Of a DNA stretch of 64,000 nucleotides, positions 39,351 to 52,631 are shown piece after piece (position 1 is the stretch's first letter; each line of letters starts with the position of its first letter). The stretch lies in NCBI GenBank assembly GCA_030390025.1, contig CM059433.1, positions 23,934,001 through 23,998,000 on the forward strand, in the 5' to 3' direction. The stretch comes from Squalus acanthias (lineage: Eukaryota). The notes below the pieces were generated by a model that saw nothing but the letters and a program-made list of their open reading frames with translations, made no database searches and had not been told where the DNA came from. The position numbers and the translations under genes were made by a program.

Positions 39351-39929
39351 GAATTAAGATCTCAATATTGAGTTGTATGGTATTTGATGTCTCAGAAGGG
39401 CACCACCTCCTCTCACCCATTTCCATTGTCAATATGCCATAGATATACTAAAACCTTACCTGATGATATAATATGCAACATATACAATCCTTAAGGGAAA
39501 AAACCCACATTAATAGTTGTTGTACTATACATGCCCAGAATCAATAAAGTAGGCATTAAAATCATGGCAGAAACTAGCATTAAAACATACAAGAAAGGCA
39601 CAATGTAATCTCAAATGTATCCTACCCTGAAATGCACATGACACCATGAGCAGTAAGATTTAACCAAGAACAGCAGCAATTAACATTTCCAGCATCCACA
39701 GTTCAAAAGATGCTTGCTCTTCAAACATTTTGAGTTGGGGGGGGGGGGGGTGCAGGGGCAAGAGAATGTGACATTATACAATATTTGAAAAAGACAAAAT
39801 CCACAAAATGAGAACAGTGATTCTTTTGCAGGAAATAAAGAGGCAACTCATTTTAACACTTTAGGCAAGAATGGAGGTATGACTTAGAAAATATCGCTTC
39901 TCAGGGGTGTTTTTCCTGCCACCCTACAT

Positions 39930-40260
39930 AGTAACATTTACGTGGCTCAGGATTCCAGTCTTGGACCACACTTTCCTTGTGTACATACTACCGGTCACCG
40001 GCATAATTCGTCGGCATGGAGTCAGCTTCATCATGTATGCTGCTAAAGGCCAACTCTAACTCTCTGCCAGTAGTCTCAACTCCGGGACTGCAACTGCACT
40101 ATCCAACTACTTATCTGACTTCAAGTCACAGATCTGCAAGAACTTTCTCCAACTTAACATTGGAAAGACTGAAGCCATCATGGTAATTTCCCATCACAAA
40201 CGTTGCTCCTCATTCCATCTTCCTAGCTGAGCCTAATGATGTGCAATTTTAGTGTTGTTC
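39930..40260 (+). mobile_element. L2 LINE RT fragment, degenerate
   Basis: VSFIMYA..QL and NFLQLNIGKTEAI remnants. Confidence 0.6.
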
Positions 40261-40681
40261 AAGCACTGCTAGTTCAATGTTTCTTTGTTAGCTGTAAAAT
40301 GAATGCTTTATGCTGTTAATTTTATAACCCCTAGTCCCTTTGATATAGGATGCATTTTAATGTGATACATGTTGCTGTGCTGATGATTGGGATTGGACTA
40401 GTGCTTTCCTTCCTGTGCATTGAATGTTTTGATTGAGTTTGTTATTAAACTTTTTGGCAGGCTACCAAATGTGATGGCCAGAGACTTTGAAGCCCAATAA
40501 AAGCAAGTAACTTTAAACCACTGCCTCAAGTGAGAATGACTCGATCACAGTTTCTTCACTCATGAAACAAAGTTGGTTATATTTATCTTACTCATTGTTG
40601 GCATCAAGATATCCTACTTATACTGTCTCCACAGTTCCCACACCACTTGTATGGAATAATTAAAAGCAATGTGCACTATAC

Positions 40682-40804
40682 CTCCAGTTCCCTTTTGTCT
40701 TTATAGCAACCATTTCCAGCATATGGTCTTTTTTTGTTGATTGACCTCCTTGCTTCAGCTTCTGTCTTTGTCTCTGGTCTGGGGTGATCATGTACACCTT
40801 TGGC
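40682..40804 (-). CDS. GCM1: GCM exon: end of the GCM DNA-binding domain
   Basis: cag|AKGVHDHPRPETKTEAEARRSINKKRPYAGNGCYKDKRELE|gtatag. Confidence 0.9.
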
Positions 40805-42039
40805 CTGTCGAGTAAAGAAATTTAGGGCATAAGAACATGCAACAGCATTGGACAAAAGGCTATATTTTAGATGTTGTTCCTATGAACTTAGTTTCAAGTG
40901 CCAGAGCACTTTCAGATGCAATATCTGTGAGGTACTATCTGGTTATATTACATACAACTGTTGTGTCTTGATCAGCAGCTCTATATTATCACTTGATGAA
41001 CTTGAAATGATTACGTCACGATTATTAATCTTTCATTGTGGATATTGTCAGACAAACTAGATTTAGGCCCTAATATCATCCAAGACAAATTACAAAACAT
41101 GGACCCAAAATTGAATAAAACCATGAAGACCTCCTACCTGCCCCAGAATGTTTCTTTGAGTTTTGAATCTATCGCAAAGATGGTTTCTGCAATTAGACTA
41201 ACTGAAGAATGGAAAAATGTGTTGTTGGCAGGGAACTGGTTTCCAAAAATAGGCATCTTTCAATTTCAGGAGCTTCAACTGAGATTTCTCAAAATTGAAA
41301 GCAGAAGCTCAAACAGAACTCAATGGACCCTTGTCCATGCTGTCTCTCAACAAGTTATTTTGAAGAACCAACCACCTAAATACTACAAATACCAGTGCAA
41401 GTACTACAGATATACAGGGCTACAACACCTAATCTATTTTATAACTATGGGGGAGGGGCCAATTTTTGAGTGAAAGGAATTACCTTGAACTGGCAATTTG
41501 TTCTGTTGACTTGAGCCTTAGGAGCTTGCATTTTCCATATGGAACTAAGCATCCTTAAAGCTGGACCAATTGTCTGAATATGAGAAATTAAGGAATATCT
41601 TTAACTTTTGTTTCCTGAGCATGAAATGTTCTGGACTATCCTAATTTTTTGATTATTACAAAATACTAGGAATGTAACTTATTTTTCCTGACCAGCCAGG
41701 ATCCCCTGAAAAGCTTCTAATTGAAGAAGTCAAGGATGGGGAAACCTTTATTGTGCAAAGGCCATTCTATGATGCCAAATTTGGCCTGCACCACTGAAGA
41801 CCCAACCTGTCCATCTCTCCAAACCTACCTGGCCCAAACCAATAACCCCTCTTGTACTATACTGCATTAAATGGCATGCACTGTATCCAATGTTAGTCTG
41901 TCAAAATTGATTTGTTGGGTTACATCGGACATACTGGATAAATCAGGTATGTACAGATAAGTCTACTATAACCATCTAATAGCATTTCTACCACTAACAA
42001 TAACAAAGTAAAGGGGTGAAATCAAGTTCTTCATTAAAA

Positions 42040-42430
42040 AGGACATCTCACAAAAGTTTGATAGAACGTCATGTATAATTAATTACTTTGAAGTTCAGCG
42101 ACTTGTGTACGCAAATATGGCAATCCATTTTGAGCATAGCGAGATCTTACAAACAGTAAAAAAAAAATAGCCAGTTAATAAGTTTTGATGGTGTTGGTTA
42201 AGAGAAGGATGTTGTCCAGGACACTACTAAACATTCCTACTCTTCGAGTAGTGCCACGGGCTCTTTAACATCCCTTTGGAACAGGCAAATGAGGCCTCAG
42301 TTTAATCAAAGGATGACATCTCCAAGATTGCAACACTCCCTCAGTATCCTGCTGGAGTATCATCCTAGATTTTGTACTCAAATCCCAGAGAGGGGCTTGA
42401 TCCTACTATTTTCTGTCTAATGAGCTATAC
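42040..42430 (-). mobile_element. Degenerate Deu-domain SINE
   Basis: Diverged match to the other Deu SINE copies. Confidence 0.55.
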
Positions 42431-43426
42431 TGATTAAACATACTTCATCCTATAATGAATAAAATTTTGTCAAGTGTTCCTGCTCTGCCACCGTAAATTC
42501 ACTAGAAATTACATGTGCAAACAGTGGGAGCAGCTCTGAGAAAATACCAACCATTACTTATTTGGTGGTGGTGTTCTAGATATTTAGGACTTATTCACAC
42601 TGAATTTCTTTTGACATTTACTATTTTATTAGTACAGTCCGCACCACTTAGTGTCCACGCTTATCACAGGCAGCTGTCTATATCAGGTAACTAGAGCTAA
42701 CCGTTTGCCAGTACCATAGGAGTCCATTACAACGATGCCACTTATAACGTTAAGGGTGCCAGCTATTTCAGGCAGTTCAATAAATTCTTCACACTTCGTT
42801 AATCTCCTGTATTTAGGGATTTCAAGAGCTCTGCTGATTTCAGGCAATATCGGGTCTTCAAGCAGCTTCAATCAGCTGTTCACACCTCGTTCAAGTTCGA
42901 TTACCTTAGTGAAGAGATTCTTAGCATTGGTATTGATTCGGTGGCAACTGCTAACAATTGAGAGGCGGTTGGAAAATGGAGACCTCAGGCATACTGCATC
43001 AAACACGATTTTTAAAAAAATCTGCATGTGAAATCTTGTTTGACAAATTTATTAGAGTTCTTTGAGGAGGTAATGAGCAGGGTAGATGAAGGGGAACCAG
43101 TTGATGTAGTGTACTTGGATTTCCAAAAGGCATTCGACAAGGTGCCACATAAAAGGTTACTGCATAAGATAAGAGCTCATGGTGTTGGGGGTAATATATT
43201 AGCATGGATAGAGAATTGGCTAACTACAGAAAACAGAGAGTCAGGATAAATGGTCATTTTCAGGATGGCAATCTGTAACTAGTGGGGTGCCACAGGGATC
43301 AGTGCTGGGACCTCAACTATTTTCAATCTATATTAATCACTTGGATGAAGGGACCGAGTGCACTGTTGCCACATTTGCTGATGATACAAAGATAGCTGGG
43401 AAAGCAAGTTGTGAGGAGGACATAAA

Positions 43427-46400
43427 GGGGGAAAAATTCAGTTGCTTTGTGCCTCCCGTTAGCGCTCTAACGGGGCGCAAAGCAACTAGCGCCCTGGTGT
43501 GGCACTGCCAACGCCTCCCGCAAAATTCAGCGGGAGGTTAGTGGTGCCGCTAATCGTTAGAACATAACATAAGAAATAGGAGCAGGAGTAGGCCAATCGG
43601 CCCCTCCAGCCTGCTCCGCCATTCAATAAGATCATGGCTGATCTGATCCTAACCTCAAATCTAAAGAACACAAGAAGTAGGAGCAGGACCCGGCCACTCA
43701 GCCCCTGGGCCCGCTCCGCCACCCACAGGGCCTTGACTGATCCGAACTCAGCCTCATGTCCAATTTCCTGCCCGCTCCCCGTAACCCCTAATTCCCTTTA
43801 CTTCTGGGAAACTGTCTTTCTGTTTTAAATTTATTTAATGATGTAGCTTCCACAGCTTCCTGGGGCAGCAAATTCCACAGACCTACTACCCTCTGAGTGA
43901 AGAAGTTTCTCCTCATCTCAGTTTTGAAAGAGCAGCCCCTTATTCTAAGATTATGCCCCCTAGTTCTAGTTTCACCCAGCTTTGGGAACATCCTTACCGC
44001 ATCCACCCGATCAAGCCCCTTCACAATCTTATATGTTTCAATAAGATCGCCTCTCATTCTTCTGAACTCCAATGAGTAGAGTCCCAATCTACTCAACCTC
44101 TCCTCATATGTCCACCCCCTCATCCCCGGGATTAACCGAGTGAAACTTCTTTGTACTGCCTCGAGAGCAAGTATGTCTTTTCTTAAGTATGGACACCAAA
44201 ACTGTATGCAGTACTCCAGGTGCGGTCTCACCAATATCTTCTATAACTGCAGCAATACCTCCCTGTTTTTATAATCTATCCCCCTAGCAATAAAAGCCAA
44301 CATTCCATTGGCCTTCTTGATCACCTGCTGCACCTGCATACTAACTTTTTGATTTTCTTGCACTAGGACCCCCAGATCCCTTTGTACTGCAGTACTTTCC
44401 AGTTTCTCGCCATTAAGATAATAACTTGCTCTCTGATTTTTCCTGCCAAAGTGCATAACCTCACATTTTCCAATATTGTATTGCATCTGCCAAATCTCCG
44501 CCCACTCACCCAGCCTGTCTATATCCCCTTGTAGGTTTTTTATGTCCTCCTCACTTTCTACTTTCCCTCCCATCTTTGTATCATCTGCAAACTTTGATAT
44601 GTTACACTCGGTCCCCTCCTCCAAATCGTTAATATAGATTGTAAAGAGTTGGGGACCCAGCACCGACCCCTGCGGAACACCACTGGCTACTGGTTGCCAG
44701 TCCGAGAATGAACCATTTATCCCAACTCTCTGCTTCCTGTTAGATAACCAATCCTCCACCCATGCCAGAATATTACCCCCAATCCAGTGATTTTTTATCT
44801 TGAGCAATAATCTTTTATGTGGCACCTTGTCGAATGCCTTCTGGAAGTCTAAATACACTACGTCCACTGGTTCCCCTTTATCCACCCTGTACGTTATGTC
44901 CTCAAAGAACTCAAGCAAATTTGTCAGACATGACTTCCCCTTCATAAAGCCATGCTGACTTTGTCCTATTAAATTATGTTTATCTAAATGTTCCGTTACT
45001 GTTTCCTTAATAATAGACTCCAAAATTTTACCCACCACAGATGTTAGGCTAACTGGTCTATAATTTCCAGCCTTCTGCCTACTACCCTTTTTAAATAAGG
45101 GTGTTACATTAGCAGTTTTCCAATCTGCCGGGATCTTTGCTGAGTCCAGGGAATTTTGGAAAATTATTACCAAAGCATCTACAATTCCAACTGCCACTTC
45201 CCTCAAGACCCTAGGATGTAAGCCATCAGGTCCAGGGGATTTATCCGCCTTGAGTCCCATTATTTTACTGAGTACCAATTCCTTAGTGATTTTAATCGTA
45301 TTTAGCTCCTCCCCCCCCCCCCCCCCCCCCCCCCAGAGCCCCCTGTTTGTCCAGTGTTGGGATATTCTTAGTGTCCTCTACCGTAAAGACTGAAACAAAA
45401 TATTTGTTCAACATTTTTGCCATCTCCATGTTTCCCACCATTAATTTCCCGGTCTCATCCTCTAAGGGACCTACGTTTGCCTTAGCCACCCTTTTTCTTT
45501 TTATATAACTATAGAAACTCTTGCTATCTGTTTTTATATTTTTTGCTAATTTATTTTCATAATCTATCTTCCCTTTCTTAATCAATCCTTTAGTTACTTT
45601 TTGCTGTCTTTTGAAGACTTCCCAATCTTCTATCCTACCATTAAGTTTGGCTACCTTATATGTCCTTGTTTTTAGTCGGATACTATCCTTAATTTCTTTA
45701 CTTAGCCACGGATGGCTGTCATTTCTTTTACACCCATTTTTCCTCAGTGGAATATATATTTTTTGAAAGTTGTAAAATAACTCCTTAAATGAACACCACT
45801 GCTCATGTACCGTCTTACCCTTTAATCTATTTTCCCAGTCCACTTTAATCAATTCCGCTCTCATACCATCATAGTCTCCTTTATTCAAGCTCAGTACGCT
45901 TGTTTGAGAACCAACCTTCTCACCCTCTAATTGGATATGGAATTCAACCATGTTATGGTCACTCATTCCAAGGGGATCCTTAACTAGGACATTATTAATT
46001 AATCCTGACTCATTACACAGGACCAGGTCCAAGGTTGCTTGCCCCCTTGTAGGATCAGTTACATACTGCTCAAGAAATCCATCCCTAATACACTCAATAA
46101 ACTCTTCCTCAAGGCTGCCCTGCCCAATTTGATTTGTCCAGTTAATATGATAGTTAAAATCCCCCATAATTATAGCTGTTCCATTATTACATGCCCCAAC
46201 TATTTCCTGATTAATACTTCTTCCAGCAGAGTTGCAACTATTAGGAGGCCTATATACTACTCCCACGAGTGTTTTTTTCCCCTTATTATTCCTTATCTCC
46301 ACCCAAACTGTTTCATTATCCTGATCCTTTGACCCAATATCATTTCCCTGTATTGCAGTGATTCCTTCCTTTATTGACATAGCCACCCCACCTCCCCTTC

Positions 46401-46906
46401 CTTCCTGCCTGTCCTTCCTGATTGTTAAATACCCTGGCATATTTAATTCCCAGTCGTTGTCACCCTGCAGCCGTGCGCAGCTCCCTGGCCGCGATCTTCA
46501 GTAGCGCCGCCGGACGCTATGTCCAACGGGGTCGGGGGCCTACCTGTGGCCGGGGCGGCGCTATTTAAAGGCGAGGTGCCGGGCAGCCATTTTTGTTGCC
46601 AGCCTCCTGACCCGCCCGCCCTCTTCCTCCCCCCGCCCCCCGCGGAGTGCCGGTTGTGCTCCATGAGCCCGGGACTTCTCTTGAGTGCCGGGCTCTTTTG
46701 CCGGCTCTCCGATCCCCAGTGGCCCAGCTCCCGGGTCGCGCTGCGCAAGGCCCTACCCCTTTAAGAAGGGGAGGAAGGCCTGCAATACCTCGCAGCGCCC
46801 CAAGAGGGAGGCGGGGCGCTTCCAGTAGCTAATTTTTCCGGGGTGCTAAAATAAGCGCCCCGGCGAAGTTAGCGCCCCAAAGGGGGCGCGACTCAATTTC
46901 TCCCCC
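43427..46906. mobile_element. Harbinger-type MITE (family A-related) split by a CR1
   Basis: TIR GGGGGAAAAATTCAGT / ACTCAATTTCTCCCCC; TSD AAA; halves at 43427-43559 and 46473-46906. Confidence 0.85.
43560..46472 (-). mobile_element. Young CR1 LINE, 5'-truncated in the endonuclease, ORF2 nearly intact
   Basis: EN and RT ORFs 46440-45292, 45278-44241, 44234-43788; frameshift at a G24 run, in-frame TAG at 44241-44243. Confidence 0.94.
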
Positions 46907-48197
46907 AAAGAGTCTGCAAAGGGATATAGACAGGTTAAGTGAGTGGGCAAGAATTTGGCAGATGGAGTATAATGTGGGAAAATGTGAAGTTATCCACTTT
47001 GGGAGAAAGAATAGAAAAGAAAAATATTATTTAAATAGAGAGAGACTACAGAATGTTGCGGTACAGAGGGATTTGGGTGTCCTCGTACATGAAACACGAA
47101 AAGTTAACATGCAGGTGCAGCAAGTAATTAGGAAGGCAAATGGAATGTTGGCCTTTATTTCAAGGGGGATAGAGTATAAAAGTAGGGAAGTCTTGCTACA
47201 ACTGTACATGACGCTGGTGAGACCACACCTGGAGTACTGCGACCAATTTTGGTCCCCTTATTTAAGGAGGGATATACTTGCATTGGAGGCAGTTCAGAGA
47301 AGGTTCACTAGGTTGATTCCTGGGATGGAAGGGTTGTCTTATGAGAAAAGGTTGAGCAGGTTGGGCCTATATTAATTGGAGTTTAGAAGAATGAGAGGCG
47401 ATCTTATTGAAACGTAAGATTCTGAGCGGGTTGGACAGGGTAGATGCTGAGAAGATGTTTCCCCTCGTGGGGAAATCTAGAACTAGGGGGGCACAGTTTC
47501 AGAATAAGGGGTCGCCCATTTAAGACACAAATGAGGAGGAATTTCTTCTCTGAGGGTCGTGAATCTTTGGAATTTTTCACCCCAGAGAGCTGTGGAAGCT
47601 GAGTCACTGAATATATTCAAGGCTGAGATAGACAGATATTTGAGCAACAGGGGAGTCGAGGGTTATGAGGAACAGGCAGGAAAGTGGAGTTGATGCCAAA
47701 ATCGGATCAGCCGTGATCTCATTAAATGGCGCAGCAGGCTCAAGGGGCCAAATGGCCTGCTCCTGCTCCTATTTCTTATGTTCTTATGTAAACATGTCCT
47801 GATGGCCAGATGAGATTTTCAGTATGGATGTGCTGTTGGTTCCGTTCGACCAAGACATGCTGTTTCATTGCTACAACCTATTGTGGTTTTACCGTCCACC
47901 ATACATAGCGAGCAAATTGCTGTAAGCAGTGGGAACTGTACTAGCAAATCCCAAAGTGTGGTGTTGCTCCCAGTAAGACAAACCATTATCCCATATTGTG
48001 CGATGTATTATTCTGCTGTGAAGTTGGAATTGTGTTTAAAGTGACTTGTCCCTGTAAGACCACCAAGTCTGCTCTAAATACGGAGGTCAGTCAGGGTTAT
48101 TATGGTGAGCAAAGGTTGCAAATTTGGAAGGTCCTTATACATTTTTGGATCCAAGTCAGAAGAAACCAGTATGAAAAGATTGGCTTTCTCTATTTTG

Positions 48198-48362
48198 TTA
48201 CATAAGAAATAGGAGCAGGAGGAGGCCATACAGCCCCTCGAGCCTGCTCCGCCATTCAATAAGATCATGGCTGATCTTCAACCTCAACTCCACTTTCCCA
48301 CCCGATCCCCATATCCTTTGATTCCCCTCGAGTCCAAAAATCTATCTCAGCCTTGAATATAC
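48198..48362 (-). mobile_element. CR1 extreme 3' fragment
   Basis: Near-identical to the 3' end at 883-1055. Confidence 0.88.
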
Positions 48363-49214
48363 TTGTTATGCTCGTCACACTTCGATTTGTACACACTAGC
48401 TGCAAGATTTGTTTATATACATACTGCTGTGTATAAATTAATCAAAGTTGAAAATTACGACTAGGTTCTGGTTTGTAATTTGCTCAATGACTGATGATTA
48501 ACAAAGACAATTAGCTACTGATTTAAGAGAACTTGCTGGTGTTACACAGATTGTTAGTGGATCTTTCTACTGTTTATTCTCATTAACAAAACTAACACAA
48601 TCACGGGATACCAGTACAGTGTGACAAAATATGCACTAATGGGGTATTTTAAAAAGTTGACCTAAAAAGTAAACTAGTCTATTTCATGAATGGTGATAAA
48701 TGTAGAAAATGCCTTTTTAAAAATCAAGAATAAATGTCATTTTATGTAAACAAAATTGATGGAATATTTCTGCCTTAAAAACCTGTAGTAAATATACCTC
48801 TTTTTCCTTTTTGTTTATCTTTAACTTTTTTTTAGTACAGTCCTGTATTTTTCATGCTGACTTTGCCCTAAAAAATGCTATTTTTTCCAACTGGTTTAGT
48901 GATTGCAAGTTGTACCTTTGGGAAACCTTTCTTTATTGAACTAAAGCAATCGGTAAAGTGTCCGACATTCATTTTAACATTTTTTTCACAATTTTGACTT
49001 AAGAAAATGATTAAAAACGTATTCAAATGAACAAAACCTCTGTGTCCAGTTGTTGCAACTTTCTTGCCTGTAATTGCACATGCCACTGAAATTCTTCTTA
49101 AAAACTAAAACTTTATCAAATTCAACAGTCCAAATGTCCCTTCAGTGAACATATTTGTAGTACTTGACGATGTGCGCATGTCCACATTTGTTTTAGAAAG
49201 AAATAAAAACCAAC

Positions 49215-49327
49215 CTGAAAAAATATGCATTTTCCTTCATGTCTCCAGAAGTTGGTGACAGGATAGCCACCATGACCTCGACAGGGCATGAGATTCAAGG
49301 GTGCACCACAGTTTGGACAACATTTCT
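49215..49327 (-). CDS. GCM1: GCM exon: zinc-binding part of the GCM domain
   Basis: cag|..[37 protein letters not shown]|gttggt; phase 0 junction to the 40804 exon. Confidence 0.92.
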
Positions 49328-49424
49328 CTGTAATAACAAAGGCAATTTTAAGGCACTTGGAGACTTTTTTTTTGCTTTACTGATGGTACATGGTACATAT
49401 TACCCTAAATACGAGGTTCCAGTT

Positions 49425-49745
49425 AGAAAAAAAAATAACTTACTTTTATATAGCGCCTTTCATGAACGTGGGATGTCCCAAAGCGCTTTACAGCCAATGA
49501 AGTACTTTTTTGAAGTGTAGTCACTGTTGTAATGTAGGAAACATGGCAGCCAACTTGTGCACAGCAAGGTCCCACAAACAGCAATATAATGATCAGATAA
49601 TCTGTTATTAGGAGTTGATTGAGGGATAAATATTGGCCAGGACACCAGGGAGAACTCCCCTGCTCTTCTTCGAAATAGGGCCATGGGATCTTTTACATCC
49701 ACCTGAGAGAGCAGGCGTGGCCTCGGTTTAACGTCTCATCCAAAA
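49425..49745 (-). mobile_element. Deu-domain SINE, 5'-truncated
   Basis: High similarity to the 31880-32232 copy. Confidence 0.82.
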
Positions 49746-51877
49746 GAAAAAGACTTATATATTTCATCAACTCTACGAATGTTTAAGTAGGATTGCCACA
49801 TACAAGGGACAGGGGCTGTGGGAATCACAGCTCAAGGTCTGATGCTTGCTTTTCTTCTGTAGCAAGTTCACAGAAAATCTTAAATAATGGCACCAGCAGT
49901 AGAAGTAACTGGGAATAGAGAAGGAACGTTTTAAAAATTGGACTTCTGATCAGTTTACATTTTAGAAATTGCCACATACTGTAGTCAAAAATCAAACAAG
50001 TCGAAAACCAGACTGGTGTTAACCATTGTTAAATGAAAATAGCTTAAAAATTCCAAATCAGTCACTGTATTTACTCCTATTAACTGAATAAGTATAGCAG
50101 TTAAGTGAATGATTTTATTTGCTGTAATAATGTATTTTTTGTCATGTTAATACCTCATTTTGAATATAAATGCTGTGAAGGTACATTTTGTCATGTTAAC
50201 ACTGTGTAAATTGTCACATGACTTCTGTTATTTCAACAACCTACCTGGAAGGCAAAGGCTGCCTGTTGGTGGAGCACATTAATACACTGATGTATTGCAC
50301 TGTGGAGTGACAGCATGTAGGTTCTCTCCTGCAATTTCCCACATAGTGATTTCTCAATTTTGCCTGTGCCACTTTGAGAAGTGTCATACAAGAGACAAGT
50401 CTACTGATGGAGGTACTGAAAATTGGAGCTCACTCTTGGCAGAGAACAAGGAATAAGTCATCTACCCAAGCTGGAAGTGGAAGAAAGCACAAATTTTGGA
50501 CTGGGAGAGATTTAAAAAAATATAAAGATTACACACAGAACTAAGTGCATCTGCTGGAATCGCTCAATCTCAAACCACTTGCATAGTTTCTGATTAGAAT
50601 ATGTACAGCTTGGAGATTTATGGTATTGCCTCATGATTCAGTGTTATGCACGATAGTGAGCAAAAAGATCATATAAAACTGGCCTGTGAACTGACTTGAT
50701 TGCCAGTGATTGAGATGTAACACTGTCAAGCATATTCCAGTCTGTTTTAGCTTGTCTCCCAAAGGATTAAAGTGAAGTCTAACTGCCATGGGGCTGCAGG
50801 TAAGTCTTTTGATCGATTAGATTATACAACTTGGAAACTGCAAGTGTGGTTTCTTTGCTAATTGATATACATTCCAATAAATCTGATTGTGCTTGTTGCT
50901 CTTCCCCTTTTATTTATTCATATCAGTATATTGGGGTGCTGGCAGATACCAACTTTAGTCTTTGGGTGAAGGGCACTTTTGGACTTTATCTTTTCCAGTT
51001 ATGCTGTGTCCATGCTGTATTCAGGCGGATGGTGGCAATGCACTAACATATTTTATGGTGAGTTGTGCTGCTCATCGTACCATTCTTGAATTCCTGGTCC
51101 AGCTATTCACTTAGCGAGAACTCAGCTGAACTTGTCAGTTGTGTAATGATCTACCTAGTAACTATCCGAGGGGCAAGATGGCATTACAACAACAGCTGGT
51201 GATGGAAGATTGGAACCGGGTCAGGCCTCTCTGAATAAATGGGTTGGTGTCCCTATGGGAAAACTGTTCCTTCTATATCAGGCAAACAGAAGATCTCTCT
51301 GTGTGGATTCTCATTAACTTGGTTTGAATACTCCTAAACATGGTGATGGGTTTCAAAAACCCATTCAGATACCTAGTTGACAAAAAAAAACTTTAAATTC
51401 TTGGTATTTCAGTGACTTCCTATCATTCTGCTTCCAGCCTTTGTTCATTTGGGACATTTGTATTTATGTGAATTATGTTAATTAATTCCTTCCCAACTGG
51501 TTTTCAGTAGCTAGTGTCTCCTATGGGAAACTTTAAGAACAGGAAAAGGCCATTTGGCCTAACGAACCTGTCCATTTTTTATTTTACTAATCTCAACCCC
51601 ACACTTTCTATCTTTCCCCTCTATCTCTAAACAGGCTTAATGTCTGTTCAGTCACTTCCTGTAGGCTTTTGAAAGGTTGATGGAAAATTTCTCTGATATG
51701 AACTACATCTTTTCAATTGGCTATGGCTGTGCCCAACTTGTGGTTCGTCACACGATTTTATAAACACGCAATTTTGGAAGATGGAGGCAGTGAGTGCTAC
51801 ATTGTTACTGAACACAAAAATGCAGAGCCACTTCCGATCAATTTTCAGGATTCTATATCATAGTTCTTAAAGAGAAT

Positions 51878-52631
51878 GGCCTAGAAATTCCGTTCCCTAC
51901 GGGTGTGTACGCGCTGTGTACTCACCCGTAGGGCCAACGGAAGTGCCGGTTTCACGCATGCACTGCGCATGCGCTGGAAACCGGAACTTCCGTTCTCTGC
52001 AGAAAGGGCTTGACTGGACAAACGCCTGCGCCGGATAGGCAGCGCGTACGTCAGAAACTTCCATTTTTTTCAGTTTTATCAGTCCAGGTAAGTCGGGAAC
52101 AGCTGCGCCTAGAAAAGCAGGTGCAAGGCCTGCTTTTACCAGGCTAATAGTTTAAGAAAGTAAAAAAAAATGTTTCCACTGATTTAGCATTTTAAAATAC
52201 TTTAATGAAAGGTAAGTCTTTTTTTAGACCCGTTAAAAACTTTAATTATTTTTTTCAAAAATTTAAATTTTTGTTTAAAATAGTTAATTTATGTAATTTA
52301 TAGTCATTTTAAAAATGTGATTTTTAAAAAAAAATTATTTGAAGTTTTACTTATGTTTTGGGGCTGATCTCTATTCATAGATTTGACAGGTCTTCCTGTC
52401 AAATCTATGAATGGAGATTCCCTGCTCTGATTGGCTCCCCATGGCCCACGTGATCCCAGGGACGCTGCGATCCGCCTGCGCCCCTGGGATACGCGTGCCC
52501 TGCACACCAGCAGTTTGAAGAGGCACAGCAATGGAATTCTGCGCCTCCTGGGAGCTCTCCGGTCCAGGCGCAGATCTTTCCGGTTCGCAGCCCTCCGCCC
52601 GCGGGAGGGCTGCGAACGGAATTTCTGGGCT
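51878..52631. mobile_element. Harbinger-type MITE family B, copy 2 (inverted relative to copies 1 and 3)
   Basis: TIR GGCCTAGAAATTCCGTTC / GAACGGAATTTCTGGGCT; TSD AAT. Confidence 0.87.

Larger units (their letters stand above)
43030..47789 (+). mobile_element. CR1 LINE (43030-43426 + 46907-47789) split by a MITE
   Basis: RT reads ...CEEDIK|SLQRDIDRL across the insertion; 3' tail at 47770-47789. Confidence 0.92.
42635..47938. mobile_element. Possible old Tc1/pogo-type non-autonomous element forming the outer shell of a nest
   Basis: TA|CAGTCCGCACCACTTA ... TAAGCAGTGGGAACTG|TA; 12/16 inverted match and TA flanks. Confidence 0.4.

Noticed and set aside
41036..41473. 145-aa + strand ORF inside a GCM1 intron
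   Set aside because: Non-ATG start, no recognisable domain or exon context
51075..51095. IQEW on the - strand as the missing GCM exon (FQEWPD)
   Set aside because: The surrounding translation lacks WAMRNTNNHN and KKSCLG; that exon was not found and probably lies beyond 64000
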